Assembly: GCA_030141605.1 (NCBI GenBank)
Contig: JAQGDQ010000017.1
Location: 558,001 to 622,000 of the forward strand
Source: Tubiluchus corallicola
Lineage: Eukaryota > Animalia > Priapulida
DNA length: 64,000 bases
Reading direction: 5' to 3'
Below the pieces are notes generated by a model that had not been told where the DNA came from, ran no database searches, and was given only the letters and a program-made list of their open reading frames with translations. Made by a program: the position numbers and the translations under genes. Positions 1 through 13,700 of the stretch are shown piece by piece. The first letter of the stretch is position 1, and the number at the start of each line of letters is the position of its first letter.

Positions 1-1775
1 ATTTTTCAACGTTGTCACTTAAACACTGTCCAACAATTCACAATTAACCTATTGACAAAAAGAAAAAAGGTTGAAAACAAAAAGGCTGTTACCTAGTTTA
101 CTTGTGTTGAACATACGCGGGGCGACATTAAATTTACGAGAATTTAATAACTCGCTTCTTGGTTTCATGCCCTTTGTACCAATTATTTTGGGAAACTCAA
201 AATTCGAAAAATGAAAACATTTAACGCTCAAAAACACATTGCAAAACGAGTTGAGCATACAAAATGTACCTTGTACACACATTAGGCCTATTTCGTATGT
301 ATATTTGACATTCCGGTGTTGCCAAGATTAGCATAAGGTCTTACAATCAATTTTACAGCAATAATTTCCTCTATTGAACGTCACTTGGATTCCGTCAAGG
401 CGTCATCATTCTCCCAGCAATGTTTGCTGAATAGCTTTGTGATTAACTATTTCCATTTCATTTTGTTAGGATAAATTTCATCTACATTGTACATTGTAAC
501 TTTTGTAGGTAGACATCACAATATGACACACCATAAAGTAAACAACTGATATAGTATTAAGATATTTTCTGAATAACTGTAACAATGGAGACCAAAGAAT
601 TATAGGCATACCAGAGATACTGGGACATTTTCATTGTGAGTAAGCCCTAAATAAAGTCAAACTAAACACCGTTCGGCGGGAAAAACGAATTACCTCACAA
701 AGGACAAAATCATTAAAATAACAACTTATCTCTAAGGTAACAAGTACGCTTGACTGAATCTCAAGATAGAACCATTCAGTGCTTATAATAAAAGTTTAGC
801 CTTTTGTGGTATGTGACTAATCCCAATTTCTGTCCATTCATTACAGTTTAACTGTATTTACTTTAGCATCTCGTTATTATGTTGATGAGGTATAATTACT
901 TCATTAATTTAACTGAAGGTTTCTGGTTCCAATCTAAAAAGACCCCAATTCTTCTTTAATATTTCGGGTAACAAAAGGCTGCGTAATATAGATTTCGTAT
1001 TTCTATAAAGGCGGAGAACTTGATACTTAATGGTAAAATCATAAACCATAAAATTAATGGTATAATCAGAGAAAAGACCGCAAAACAACACGTTTTAACA
1101 TCAATCCCCACATTTAGAATGGTGGACCTGGCTCCTGAATTCATTTACACTTAGCAGGACTGTAGGCAAACGTCAAAAGAGACACAGGTGAAATCCATGC
1201 TGGATAATGCTGCCACGACAGTTGAAAATAAACTCCACTGAGTGGCCTAAAGCAGTTTTAAGCCTTTGGTACAGTTGATTTCGTGAATTACTTTCACTTG
1301 CTTCTAGCAAATGGACAAATGTTAGTAACAGGATGCTCCGACATTAAGCGTCAGGTAATATCGCAATATCTCCAAGGTAAACTCAGCAAGTCCTTCAACT
1401 TTACGTTTGCAAACGATATTCCGCGGGTTTGAGCTGTTAATTATCCGAACATTGTAAGTGATAACTGGTAAGTAATGCCACCTTGTAATTTTGCGTAAAT
1501 TCAAAGTAATGTCGAGTTTCTAAAATTCTGAAGTAATAATTTACCAGGCAATGAAGATTGAAAACGGTGGGTTTTTTCTTTCGTTAGACAAATCCTTGTC
1601 TCTTTGATTCGATCTACAACGATCCATTACCAAGTTCATTCGCCAAGTAGCTTATAAGACTAATAAATACATTATATATTCTAATAAGCATCGTCTTCCC
1701 CAATAAACTCTCGTATTAAATCGAGGTCTGTAAGTTAATTATATAAGCCACAGTATAATAAAATTATAAATTTGA

Positions 1776-1857
1776 GGGAGAAGCAGAGAAACAGACAGAA
1801 GCGAGTGAGCGAGCGAGAGAGAGAGAAAGAGAGAGAGAGAGAAAGAAAGAGAGAGAC
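1776..1857. repeat. GA-rich microsatellite
   Basis: Run of (GA)n/(GAGC)n/(GAAA)n; source of the spurious SLSL ORF at 1739-1951. Confidence 0.85.
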
Positions 1858-2537
1858 TACAATAGATTGCAATTAGAGCACAACAACCATAGCAAGTATA
1901 ATTATCAAACCTTTTTATGACATTAACGTAATAAAATAACACGTAGCGCAAAATAGGACAATAATGGACTCACATGGTGAACAATAAACCGTACAAAATA
2001 ATGACAACAATAAACAACAGAGGTAAATAGGTGACCAGGTGCTGAGTTGTCAGTCGAGGCACCGGAGAGTCATATTTTACTGCCAGCAGAGGGCAGTGCT
2101 TATGCATTAATAACCATCTACGGGCCATAAATCTTGCAAATAAGACTCTAGGTTGCTGGATGTTTTTTTAACAATAGCGTTCAGACGCTGATTGGGGGAT
2201 TGGCTCTGAGACTCTACAATACAGCTCCCACATATATGATTTTGTCTTATTATTTTTTCAACATCTTGTCGCCACCTATAGAATTTATCATGGCGTTAGT
2301 GCATCTTTAAATTGCTATGCTTATTTCAAAAGATGCAAAATGTCCTATTAAAATTCACAATGATTTTTTTCAGCTTTCACTGATTGGGGAAAAGTTTCGT
2401 AGTGCCTCAAATAGGGGGCAGAGGAGAATTTGAACTTCTGACACTTCCTGTGTCACTTCTGCCACTTCTGACACAGAATTATTGACTGAGCCATCAGTTA
2501 CTGTCGTCTATAAAGGAGAGATAGATCCGATAGAGCA

Positions 2538-2742
2538 AATCACGGTACTTGACTAGTTGTGTTCACACTATTCATAAAACTAAAAATAAATCAGTGTAGA
2601 CTGCCCTTTAGTAAACTATTTCAACGTTTTTTAGTTATAAAACCTTCGAATCACACCACGGTACTTGATTAGTGGTGTTCACACTATTCATAAGACTAAA
2701 AATAAATCAGTGTAGACTACCCTTATAAACTTTTGAATCACT
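2538..2742. repeat. Local tandem duplication, period 116 bp
   Basis: CACGGTACTTGA.TAGT.GTGTTCACACTATTCATAA.ACTAAAAATAAATCAGTGTAGACT starts at both 2541 and 2657. Confidence 0.85.
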
Positions 2743-5700
2743 TACAGCAAATAAGAAGTCAGGACGTGGTTAGAACGGGGTTTGGGTCCAAAGTTTTCAA
2801 AATTTATCATTTATAGAAAAGCACGCGGCTCGTTTGAAAAATATGTAAGAACAATGGTTGTAGCTATTCTTTAATTAAGTTAATAAGTTAATAAGTTACA
2901 CATACAGCATAAGCATCTGCGCTACGTGAAGGTGTTTAGAGAATAGTTAAAATTCAATGTAGTTTTAATGTGCGTAGTTTAATTAGGGCGTGTGTTACAA
3001 GTCGGACAACTTTATAACCCGCTCTGTCTGTTTTTCATTCGATACACGATTTTCTGGATTATAAAAATACCTCTAAGAATTATATACGTTTAATGCGGCT
3101 TAGAGTCACTACAATCTTCTAACGCGCCGGTTTATAACGTTCCCTTGATTTAAACCGCATGTTTTACAACATTTTTCATTTATTTAACGAGTAGAACTAT
3201 TCCACGTCGTAACTTATAAATCGGTTTTGGGTTGCCAAAGTTTATCGTCTGAAATTTAGCGAGTTTTGATCCCCTTCGTCAGCAGCTAAGTTTGAACTTA
3301 CCAATGCCAACCATTTGATCAAAAGGCGTGTCGATTAGGTAAACCGTTGACTAAATTACTAATTATTTCTCACTGCTTCATACAAGATGTATCTAGAATT
3401 TGTCCACAAAGCGCACACAATATTAGAAGCCTTCTAGTTTTACTATAATGTGCGCATGTAGTTTTTTAAAGATAACTTTATATTTTGAAAAAAAGCGAAA
3501 GAAGGTAAAGAAGTTAAAGAAAGCCTAAAAATTACTGTTCAACATAATCAGTAAGTTAATAAAACGACAGATCAAAAGTTCTAAACCTATTATCATCAGT
3601 TTCTAAAAGTTTTTTATGTGTGCTTAGCTAAAAACGTCAAGTAAGGATAAAAAAGTCACTATTAGCGAAAGACGACCTTCTGTTTTTGTACTTCAGGGTG
3701 TGAATGAAAGAATCCCCCCAACCACTGAAATATGCTTTCAGCACTGAGCTTTCACCAAGCAGCTTCAAAGACAAGACATTATCACACAGTTGTTTTCAAG
3801 TCACTGTCTATTAAAATAGTGTCTTGTACATTTGCAACTGCTTTTGTCTGCACATCACTTTTTTAAGATTTATTACAAAACTAATTCAAGCACATACCAC
3901 CATAAGTAGTAAAGTGAGGTGGTCTTATTGAGTCCAGTGGGTCACTGCCATTACACTATTTTTATACTTTGTAGCTAATCGGCTTTCTGTGGCTTTTCCT
4001 TTGTTGTCGTACTTCATTATGGGATAATCCGCAATCGGTAATTTTCAACTCAAAGGTAAAAAGTAGTTAAATTGAGGAAGACATAATGAAAGTCTGGTTA
4101 AAAGTACGTACTGTGGCGACTTGGCGAAGCAATAAGCTCAGACGAACTAAATAACTGGTGTTTTCACTAGCTAAAGACAGGTGTCAATAAAATATTGATG
4201 AAAAACAGAAAGCTTCATACGTATCTAGAATACGAACGAACATCTCTGTCAAAAGAGCACCGTTTACAAATATATGCCTCCTGGGGCCTCTAAGTACCTC
4301 AACGTAGTACTGTCGTGTCTTTCATTTAGCGCAAATTTTAATGGAAAGTTGCCTATCTGACTGCCTGTAATAATGGAATAGGAATTAGTTCACTCACTAT
4401 TTAAACTCTTGAATTTGCTGTCCCAACTCCTCTATCCCACCCACTCCCCCTCTCAGGCCCAAATGATTCACAAAAGAACCAGTATTCAGCTTACAATTGC
4501 AAACCACTATTTTGACAAGCAAATAGGATTTGGCGTGTACATGACAAACTCATTGTGGTTTGTATGGGCTCAGCAAGCTTTTAGACGTCTCAATGTACTC
4601 ACAACTTTTGTAGATTTGACGTAACAAGGTGAGTTCAACCTTGCCAATAATCATCTTTATAATAACAAGTCTTTATTCAAAAAAGAGCGTACAGCTATAA
4701 GAAAGGTGCCTCTTTTTGTAGGCTCAGCTAAACGCTTTACATATTCATGTACAACAAATGTCTTAAACATTTTCAGCTTAACATTCAACACTATATACTT
4801 CAAGTAAAATATAAAGAAAATTTCTTTCGTGCATAGATTAACTTATGATTCACAGTTATACAAGATGAATATATTTCGTGCCATACTAATATTAATTTTG
4901 TAAAAAAAGGGAGTACATACAATAGCAGTACTGTTAAAAATGAGCATAGTTTGACTCATTTTATAATAACTGATCGGCCCATACAAGCCCTCCAGCAGAT
5001 CTGGAAAATTATGTCCATGGGTTACGTTTTGAAATAATTTATGGTGAAATTATTTGAGTAGATTACACTTTTAAATATGTCATGTAACCTCCTGGACCAT
5101 TGTAATGGGTTCTGAAAATCCCAGCTTTCATGCAACTTGTTTCTTCAATTCTTTTTACAACATACGAAGCATAGCACAGCACTGTGCTCTCCCAAACTCA
5201 GCAGACAATAATTCCTTTAAACCACAGAATTGCATTTTCAAGTACATGCACATCAACCAAAGAAACCTAGGCAATGAAATGTGGGCAACTTACAACTACT
5301 GCAGTACTAAAACACTCAAATGCAACATGTACACTACTTGCTGGGTTTGCAATTTGGCTTTTGCCTAATACATAAAATGGACTCAGGTATTGCAATTGAG
5401 TTGATTGTGTTAAAAGTCGCAAAAAAAACAATTAAAAAGAAAGAAATCAGAAAACAATTCGAAGGAACAGCGAACTGGACCACTATAGCATCAATACATA
5501 GCATGGCACAGTTTCCTATAATGTAACATAAAACTAGGACAGGAAAGATTAAGTTTTTAAGAAAGCTTTTAGAAATATAATCAGCAACATACACTTGTAC
5601 CAGAACGACACACGTGCAACATTTAAATCTGATATTTAATCTGTGTGACCCATGTGGGAACTATGTATCATGCATACATGAAGCTTGCACATATTACACA

Positions 5701-8700
5701 GTGTACTTAATACAGAGAATTAAAAATACCCAACCCAAACTTATAAATGCCTAGACGGGCTTTGTACAGTACACACAAGTTGCGTAGGCGGACATTTAGC
5801 ATGTTTCCGCACATCAAACAGAAAATAGTTACTGTGTACCTCATTTAAGTCATTATTAGATACAGTATTTTGCGGCATTTAATAATTTTAAATGTGCTGC
5901 AAGAAATCATCATGGAAATACCAGGCAAACGTGGCGAAGGATTATTATTAATGAAACACAGTACACGAATAATGATCAAATACCTGAAAAATTCGCTGTA
6001 TTAATCCACGTGCTTTCCAAATTCCAATTCTCTAAGTATCAAAAACAATTGCGGTGTTTATAACTAATGACTAGGCACGGCATAGTTACTATTTTCTTGT
6101 TTCTACATTGTAAACGTACACTGTAAACTATCATCGGTGAAATACTACAGCGACTGTGGCGCCACAGCATATCAGAGATGAAAAACGATCTCTCGTAGAT
6201 ATTGCCGCGTTTTATGCGAGAGCAGCACTGTCCAACAAAGATCGAATGAGCAAAGACCTATTCAAACAAATTTTTACTTTACTTACACGAGTAAAAAATT
6301 CAAGCAAATGAACCAAATTTCTATTGATAAAAATAAAGAAGAGTAAATACCAAAATATGCCCTACCCTATCCCATCGGACAAATACTTTTAAGATATACT
6401 AATAATAATACTATTAAATAATATTAGATAATACTATTAAAATATTTAGTCATATTTATCACCCACTTCAGCAGCAATACATAGTTTACAATATAATTTC
6501 CATTACTCCAGAACGATTATGTACTATACTATATATATATATATACTAGAGAACAGAAAAAAAACTTACAAATAAACGACATAATTGTTAATCTAACAGA
6601 GTTAGGTGGTGCATGGTGGTTAAGAAGTTGAGCTTGTTAACCCACCATGAAAAGTGGAGAAAAAAACTTGATAAATTATTAAAAGAGAGAAAATTAATAG
6701 AAAAAACACAGAAGAAAGAAACACAGAGTAACAGGGAAAGAAGAAAAACCCAAGAGAAGCAAAATTGAAAGGAGTTTGGCAGAGAAAATGTAAAACCTTT
6801 AAAATATTATCAGTAAAGCAACAATGTAGTTGTGGGATGTACTGTAACTATCACAATTCATAGTTAAACTCAACAATGCAATACAAATACGGGTAAAATA
6901 TAAAATATTTCATACGTCTTTTAAAACTATAACTATAATGTTCATTGTGTGGTAACATACACAGATATTTTATTCAAATAAATTACACGGTTGTGTCAGA
7001 GATGCTACTGGTAAATAACAATCTATTCATTTCGTTGCGTTAGAAATAAACTAATCTTAGTCTATACGATTTCTAAAAGCCATAACAACCTATACACAGC
7101 TTAGAATGTTGGAGTGCTACTATAATAGTAAAAGCTATCACGGACCTGCGGAGCTAGTTTCAGCTATACGGTTTCAACTCACACTGCACAATAGCACCAT
7201 CTACCGGCGGTGTTGTTCAACTAAGTAGTTATACAAAAATATTTTTTAAAGTAGACCTTCCATGTCTCTCTCTCTATTCATCCCACATTTTACCGTGTGT
7301 TTGCTATTGTTGGTGCACTTTTCTGCAATGTTTAACCAACTGACAGTCCTTCTTATGCTGATTGTTCCTTTTATTAAAAAAGTAGCACAGCTTTTGTTGG
7401 CACTATTCAAACATGTTGGTAAAATTACACATCAATATTTGAGTTAGCCTATTTGTGATTAGCATTCAAAACTAACATTGTACTAGGCTATGTACTAGCT
7501 AGCTAGCTGTGTGAAAAAGAATGCCACATCTAACAAGATGCAAATGTACATTAATTTTATGGACAAGAAAATTTTGATTACAAAAAAATGCATTAGTTTC
7601 TTAGTTATATCAAATCATGTTTTTTATACAAATCATCCTGATAAACAATGCCAGCAGCCACTCAAGCACCAATAACTGGAAAATAGAATTTAGGAAAGGA
7701 AAAATATTTTTCATTTGTAAACTATTTTTACACAAATATATACTGTGTACTTTTTGTGTCTAATGATCAACAAATTCTTTAAGCCTGCTGGCTGTAATCT
7801 CTATAAAATTGTTTACAACTACACAAGAATTGAATGGAAAGTTTAAATAATTTAACAAAATTAATAAAACATTAACACAGTGCTGTAGTTGTAGCATAAC
7901 AATTGCACATAATGTACCAAAAATGAATGCTAACTAGCTTAAATCGTGAACTCATTGGTATATTCACAACTAAGCCCATGTGTTGGCAAATGTATATGTA
8001 TACGCCCATTCGTATTATGCAAAATTCCTGCCTCACTGGCCTTTGAATCAACACAGTTCGCACAATGACAAGTAACGTGAATTATTACAGCTTGCACCAG
8101 CTATTGTGTTACTGTAATACATTTACTGGTCGTCAGTGATAAAAACTCCCTAGTTTTAAGAGCTATTATTTTTAAATAATTTACACTCACTGAACTTCAC
8201 AAACACACTGTGGTTTTTGACAATTTTGAACTAATGTTAATAATATAATGTAGTCTCTATAATGTTAATTTTATAGACTACACCCGTTTTAGAAGAGTGG
8301 CATTTACTTAAATACAGAATGTTACGCCTCGTGCCCTGTCCGTGCTTCTGTTTCACACCATTGAAACAAGTGAACAATAGCTGAATCTTAAAACCTCACT
8401 GGGCCTGGCTAAACTATAAGTAAGGCAGGTGTGGCATGAAGATAAATCTTTAGCTCTCTACAACAAATGGGTGAGCTTATAGGAAGCTGAGGTACAGGTG
8501 AGGCAGAGAATCCTAATTAAGCAACTTAGCCAACGAGATAACTAGAAATACAACATATGAAGTTACCTGTAACAAAGTCCATGTGGGTACTAAAACTGCA
8601 AAAATATTTTTTATAACAATGAACGAGGTTTATAAAAATTTAATGGTTTATTACGAGGGACGTTCATGCATTGTAGACGGGAAATGTCGTTCACAGTTGA

Positions 8701-9029
8701 ACATTTTTATCTACGACAGGCTAATAGAACTTGTCATAAGTCATGTGAGACACAAATCACCACAAGCACATCGTAACCGAAACTCTAAATACCTTCTTCA
8801 GGATAAATAGCGTCATAAATAATATCAATTATTGTTATTATCAAACTCAAAGGACCCTGTAGTACCTTAGCCCCTATATTTACATGAAAATACTTTAACA
8901 GCATAGTAGCATTCTATCATATTGAAGAGTAGCGCCTTAGGATACCATTCTGCTACAAAAATAATACAGTTTTAAGTAATAAAGTTTGTTGCTTTTGATA
9001 AAATACAAAATACTTTCAAAATCAGAGTT

Positions 9030-9242
9030 TGGATTCGAATATCTCTCATGTCGGGACTTCTCAAGCCATTTATTACCGGAATAGGACTTTTTGGTTGCCT
9101 TCCCAGGCCTACTCAGCCAATTGGGCACTTCGACATTTAATGAGGGTCGGGGACAGAAAGGCGGTTGAGCGATAGGCTATAACCTCGAAAATGAGCGTCA
9201 TTAAATGCTCGACAATCAGTATGGCTATGTAAAAGTTTTATT
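9030..9242 (+). mobile_element. Possible degenerate SINE fragment (Deu/Nin-domain-like)
   Basis: B-box-like GGATTCGAAT, then CCCAGGCCTACTCAGCC...GAGGGTCGG, resembling the Nin/Deu core as I recall it; GC-richer than the flanks. Confidence 0.3.
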
Positions 9243-10559
9243 TGGTTAACAAGTGGCGCTTGAATACCAAGGATAGCAAAGCCAACCCGCAATAAAATCA
9301 TTTGCTTTCTTACAGCAACTACAGGTGCGCTAACTTATGACACCCAGTCATAAAATCATGTGGTCGGACAGGTAAACCAAGTTCCGGTCGCTGTTTAAAC
9401 ACGAATCTGACCAAGAGTGTGTTTCCCTGCGCAAGATGGGACCTTTGACCCTTGGTGTGTGTGTCTCTGCGTTGCAAGAAATGAGAATAATGATACGTTA
9501 GGAACTACTTTCGTGTGAGAGTAATGGAAGGAAATGGAATTTTAATGAATGAGTAATGTAAAAACCATCCGGTGACAACATTGAAAATGAACTTACTAAA
9601 CACGAGCGAAATGACGCTGTTCCAAATCTGTCAAATGGTCTCAACGCCGTGACAAGATGAAAATGGCTCACACTCGTACAGTTTGTATAAGCAAAAGTGA
9701 TGACCTCTAATTAGTTTCAATGAACGTGATTTTTTGCTCCACTTAACATACTCACTAAGTGCTATTTTTAAATATGCAATCCTATATGCGTCCGACGCTT
9801 TTCAGGCAAGTTACTGCATAGATAAAATATTTCAATGATATTAATAAAATTTAGTCGAACGTTTAGTATATTTTTGGCACAATATAAGTCTTTTCTTCGT
9901 GACCTTTCATTTAGACAATTTAAATAATTAATTAAATAAACAGCTCTAATTAATGAAGGAGTTGCTATAATTTTTTATTTTCAACGAATGACATCATGAA
10001 AGTAATAATTCTGCCAAATTTCAACTCAACTGGACAAATAATTTGGAGTTGAAAAAAGGATGACGGACAGAGTGAGGGATTAACGATCGGGAATTATATT
10101 ACGGACTTTGCGGCACATTTCATTGATACCAGTACAACCCTAAGATCCCAGTGTGCATTATATACGTAGAAGTATTCTAATTAGAGAATTTTTAAATACA
10201 TGTAGTCCAATTGAAACTGTGCAAAAATGAAGTGAAAAGTATGAAAATATGCACAAAGCCCAAGAATAAACAAAATTTTATACAACCACAACAAACTGTT
10301 GTAACAAACTATTCTGCTTTTCTTTCTACAGTTCATGCTGTATTTGCTTTATTTCCGGCTACAATTTTTTAGCAGACGGCGAAAGATACGAGTGCTAAAG
10401 TCTATCAACAGAAGCAATGAGCGTAAATAATGATCTACAATTTCAATTCTACACAACACCTGTCCCAGAATCAGACACAGGCAACAAAGGAATGGACATC
10501 TTATAGGCCTTATTATCGGTTACCACTAGGGGGTGCGAAAATCAGCAACGTCTACTTAC

Positions 10560-10736
10560 CCCCTTGAACGAGAAGCGACTGGCCCTGCTGGAATTGGACA
10601 TATTGGAGATATCAGATCCCGCCAGGCTTGCAGTGTCGCTTACTTCCCCAGGACTTCTCGTCTTCCGCCGGATGCTGCCGAATCTCTGTTTCCAGGCTTT
10701 GACTTTTATTGGGGTCAAAGGTCGAAAACGATCCAT
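10560..10736 (-). CDS. Probable first coding exon of an unidentified gene continuing toward or beyond the window start
   Basis: ATG at 10736; 59 codons MDRFRPLTPIKVKAWKQRFGSIRRKTRSPGEVSDTASLAGSDISNMSNSSRASRFSFKG; ends on a consensus donor GGG|GTAAGT (phase 0); high GC relative to flanks. Confidence 0.6.
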
Positions 10737-13700
10737 GTTTGACGTAGGAAATTTTGCTGCTTCAAATATAATCGTAAACTTGCATTCACTCCACTGCTGT
10801 GAAAAACTATATGCAACACAGCTGTTAAATTTGGGCGTGTTTGAGAACAATGTCAACAACAATGTGTCGGCTTAAACACAAAATGATAAAAGCTGCTATA
10901 ACATTGTGGTTGTGTTCACACCAAGTTCACAACTCGCACCTTTTTGTTTTTTCAAAATGCAACATCACAGTGAATGTCAGGCTTGTCAGCAAAATAGCAC
11001 CTGGAGACAAGCTAGTTATTTAAGAAATGACAAATAGGACGTAAAATTCATCAAGGAACCTTAAAAAAAGCGACTATATGAAGGAACGTTAAAAAGCGAC
11101 TGACTGTATGTACTCACTTTTAAAAATTCACAAGACTTGTAAATAAATTTATCACGTAGCACAGTCAATTGTAAATTATTTTGCCTATTTATAGCACAAG
11201 CTTGGTTCTTATTAAATCTAAATATGCTTTTGAATGATTCCTTATTGACTACTCTAATAACTGTAATTCACTTATCAGTACTTTGTGATCTAGCGTCGTT
11301 GAAAAGAGCAGAATAAACGGTCAGTGGCGCACAATACAGTAGTAAACATTACAGCAGTAGACTGGTCCATTGTTGTAACGCGTCAAGCATTAACGTTCAA
11401 CTAAACTGGTTGTGCGCTAGAAGAGGAACAGAACGGAGAACAATTCTTCCCTTTATTGTCTCCAATTACGCCCCTGCTCATTCTGTATTCTGTCTTGAGG
11501 GGACTTCTCACACTTTACCTTCCCAATCTGTCAGACGAATAAAGAGATAAATGAGATTGTTGCTGACGTCAGCTTTGCGTGAGGTCTTGCTTCCCACAGT
11601 AGAGGTGCAACAGTAAATTGAAATTCTATGATGACTTGCCGATGTTTTCTTCTAAAGGATTTGGCAATTAAATTTAGGCACACTTTCTGACTTTGGTTTG
11701 AAAGAACAGAACAACACGTAGCTCTATAGCACAAGCTACAGATTTGTTCCAGCCACATACAGGTTTACTCTTACATCCAATTATGGTACGGAGGTGTCCT
11801 GTCTACCGTGTTACTGAGCCTGTACAATCAAACATATTATACATAATACACGCATATTACATTCTCTCTACGTTAATGTTTAGACTTTAACACTCCTCTA
11901 ACCTGACTGAGTAGAGGATCACAGAAATTCGAATTTTTTTATGAAATGAGTCGCCTTACTTAACAACTACTTAATTTAGGTAATTATATGCCCACGTGAA
12001 ATGAATTGCAATAACAATTGTGTGCTGCACTAATGCTAACACGCTAATCTAACGATTTAGAGAAATCGAAGGTGTTTTATAATGGGCGTGACTACAACAG
12101 CGTTGCATGGCCCAATTTGCTTTCATTAAAATATAGCCTGTTTTCTAAGTATTAAAATCCATGTCAAGGTTTAGTGAGCGCTCTGACCTGTGACAATAGT
12201 ATTTAAAACTTAAAATACTACATTGTAGTACACTGTACACAACCGTTCAACGTATTTACAGCTGATAAAGGTATTTAACAACCCTTGAAGGCTCTTTCAG
12301 ATAACAAAACGCAAGCGGTGGCATAGTACGTTATACAACTGTGGAGATTGGAAAAGAGAGTACACTCAATGAAGACCCATGGCAGACCTCAAAATCTCAG
12401 TTCATCGCTTTGTTGTTGTTTTGAGTGCCATTCAATTATTAAACAATAATGATCATTTCATTATTAGTTAATACTACTGAGTTATGGGTCTTTTCGCCCC
12501 AGTCAATTATGAATTAAAACGTACTTCACTTAACGCAGAACCTTCAATCTATTACAGCAGTCATGCACTTAGCTCGAGGCTTAAATTTAACACTTTCGAA
12601 TGCTAATTGAAATTAAACACTTCAGTTAACGATCGAAACTAATGTTATACAATTGCCGGTCACATTTATTAGCCACACACTTACAAGTTTTCAATCAAAT
12701 GAGATAATTGAGACAACATTACACACGTTTTGACTGATAAAATTTCAAAGCACGTACCACGCTCGTGAAACTTTCTTCAACTTCCAACAACCTGTTTCGC
12801 CCTGCGTACGCGGCGTTTCTTTGCAAAAACGAATTATTCCTGTTCGTTTCTTCAACACAAAAAGACGCTGCTTAACGACACATCGGTAAATCACTAGGTA
12901 GAGAAATACGAGTGTCAATCAACGTAAGAAAACAGCGGTTAAAACCCACTCCATCACTACAAGATGAACTCGACCAAGAAGTTTCAAGCGACAGGTATTT
13001 GGCAACAAAACAGTGGGAACGCGGACTGATAGGGGCAATTGGGAAATAAGTCACCCGATAGGACGTCTTAACTTGCGCTTACTCAGAATACTGTTTGTAA
13101 GGTAACAGTTTATGCTGGTTATCAGAATTCCACAGTTAAGGTGAGTACTATAAAATATTGCGAAAACTGTACAAGGGCCTAACGCCTACAGCGGTAAATA
13201 AAATTAACGACAGCGTTTCTCACTTGATAACGAATTAAAATTGAAAGCACCAGAAACGCAGACGAACTTCGACTTACATACCCTCCCCGTCGAGTTATAT
13301 GTCTCACGCTTCAAAGATACCGCCCAGTACATAGTAGTAATGGTATCTGACGAACTTAAACTCAGTTTGTATGCACAGAGCCGTCTCACAGTCTGTACAC
13401 TTTGTAATGCAAATAGCCATTCTGTTAGTGCTAGCTGCGAACGTTAACAATATTAAAGAACTTTGGGAAGGCATCTTTCTAGCTTTGCTTTACAATGGAA
13501 AACTATTGCAAAGACGTTTGGCAGTTGACAATTCAAAATCCTAATGCAAAAGTCTCTCAAAAGTGAAGACGTGTGAAACTAGATTTCTTTGGTAACAAAT
13601 ACCTTCGTGTCTTTTAAATCTGTTACAAACTTTCAAACTAATTAAGAATTTTCTTTCTTAGGCAAAAATTGCGAAAAAAACACCAGCAACTTTTGCAGTT

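Noticed and set aside
2538-2742. Repeat-spacer-like pattern (CRISPR)
   Set aside because: Only two long copies, eukaryotic context, no cas genes; a simple tandem duplication.
10533-10875. Plus-strand ORFs of 69 and 103 aa
   Set aside because: Antisense shadows of the minus-strand exon, which has a true ATG and consensus donor.
12875-13050. Protein-like plus-strand frame (RHIGKSLGREIRV...GAIGK*)
   Set aside because: Bounded by stops, with no start or convincing splice sites and no family recognised.
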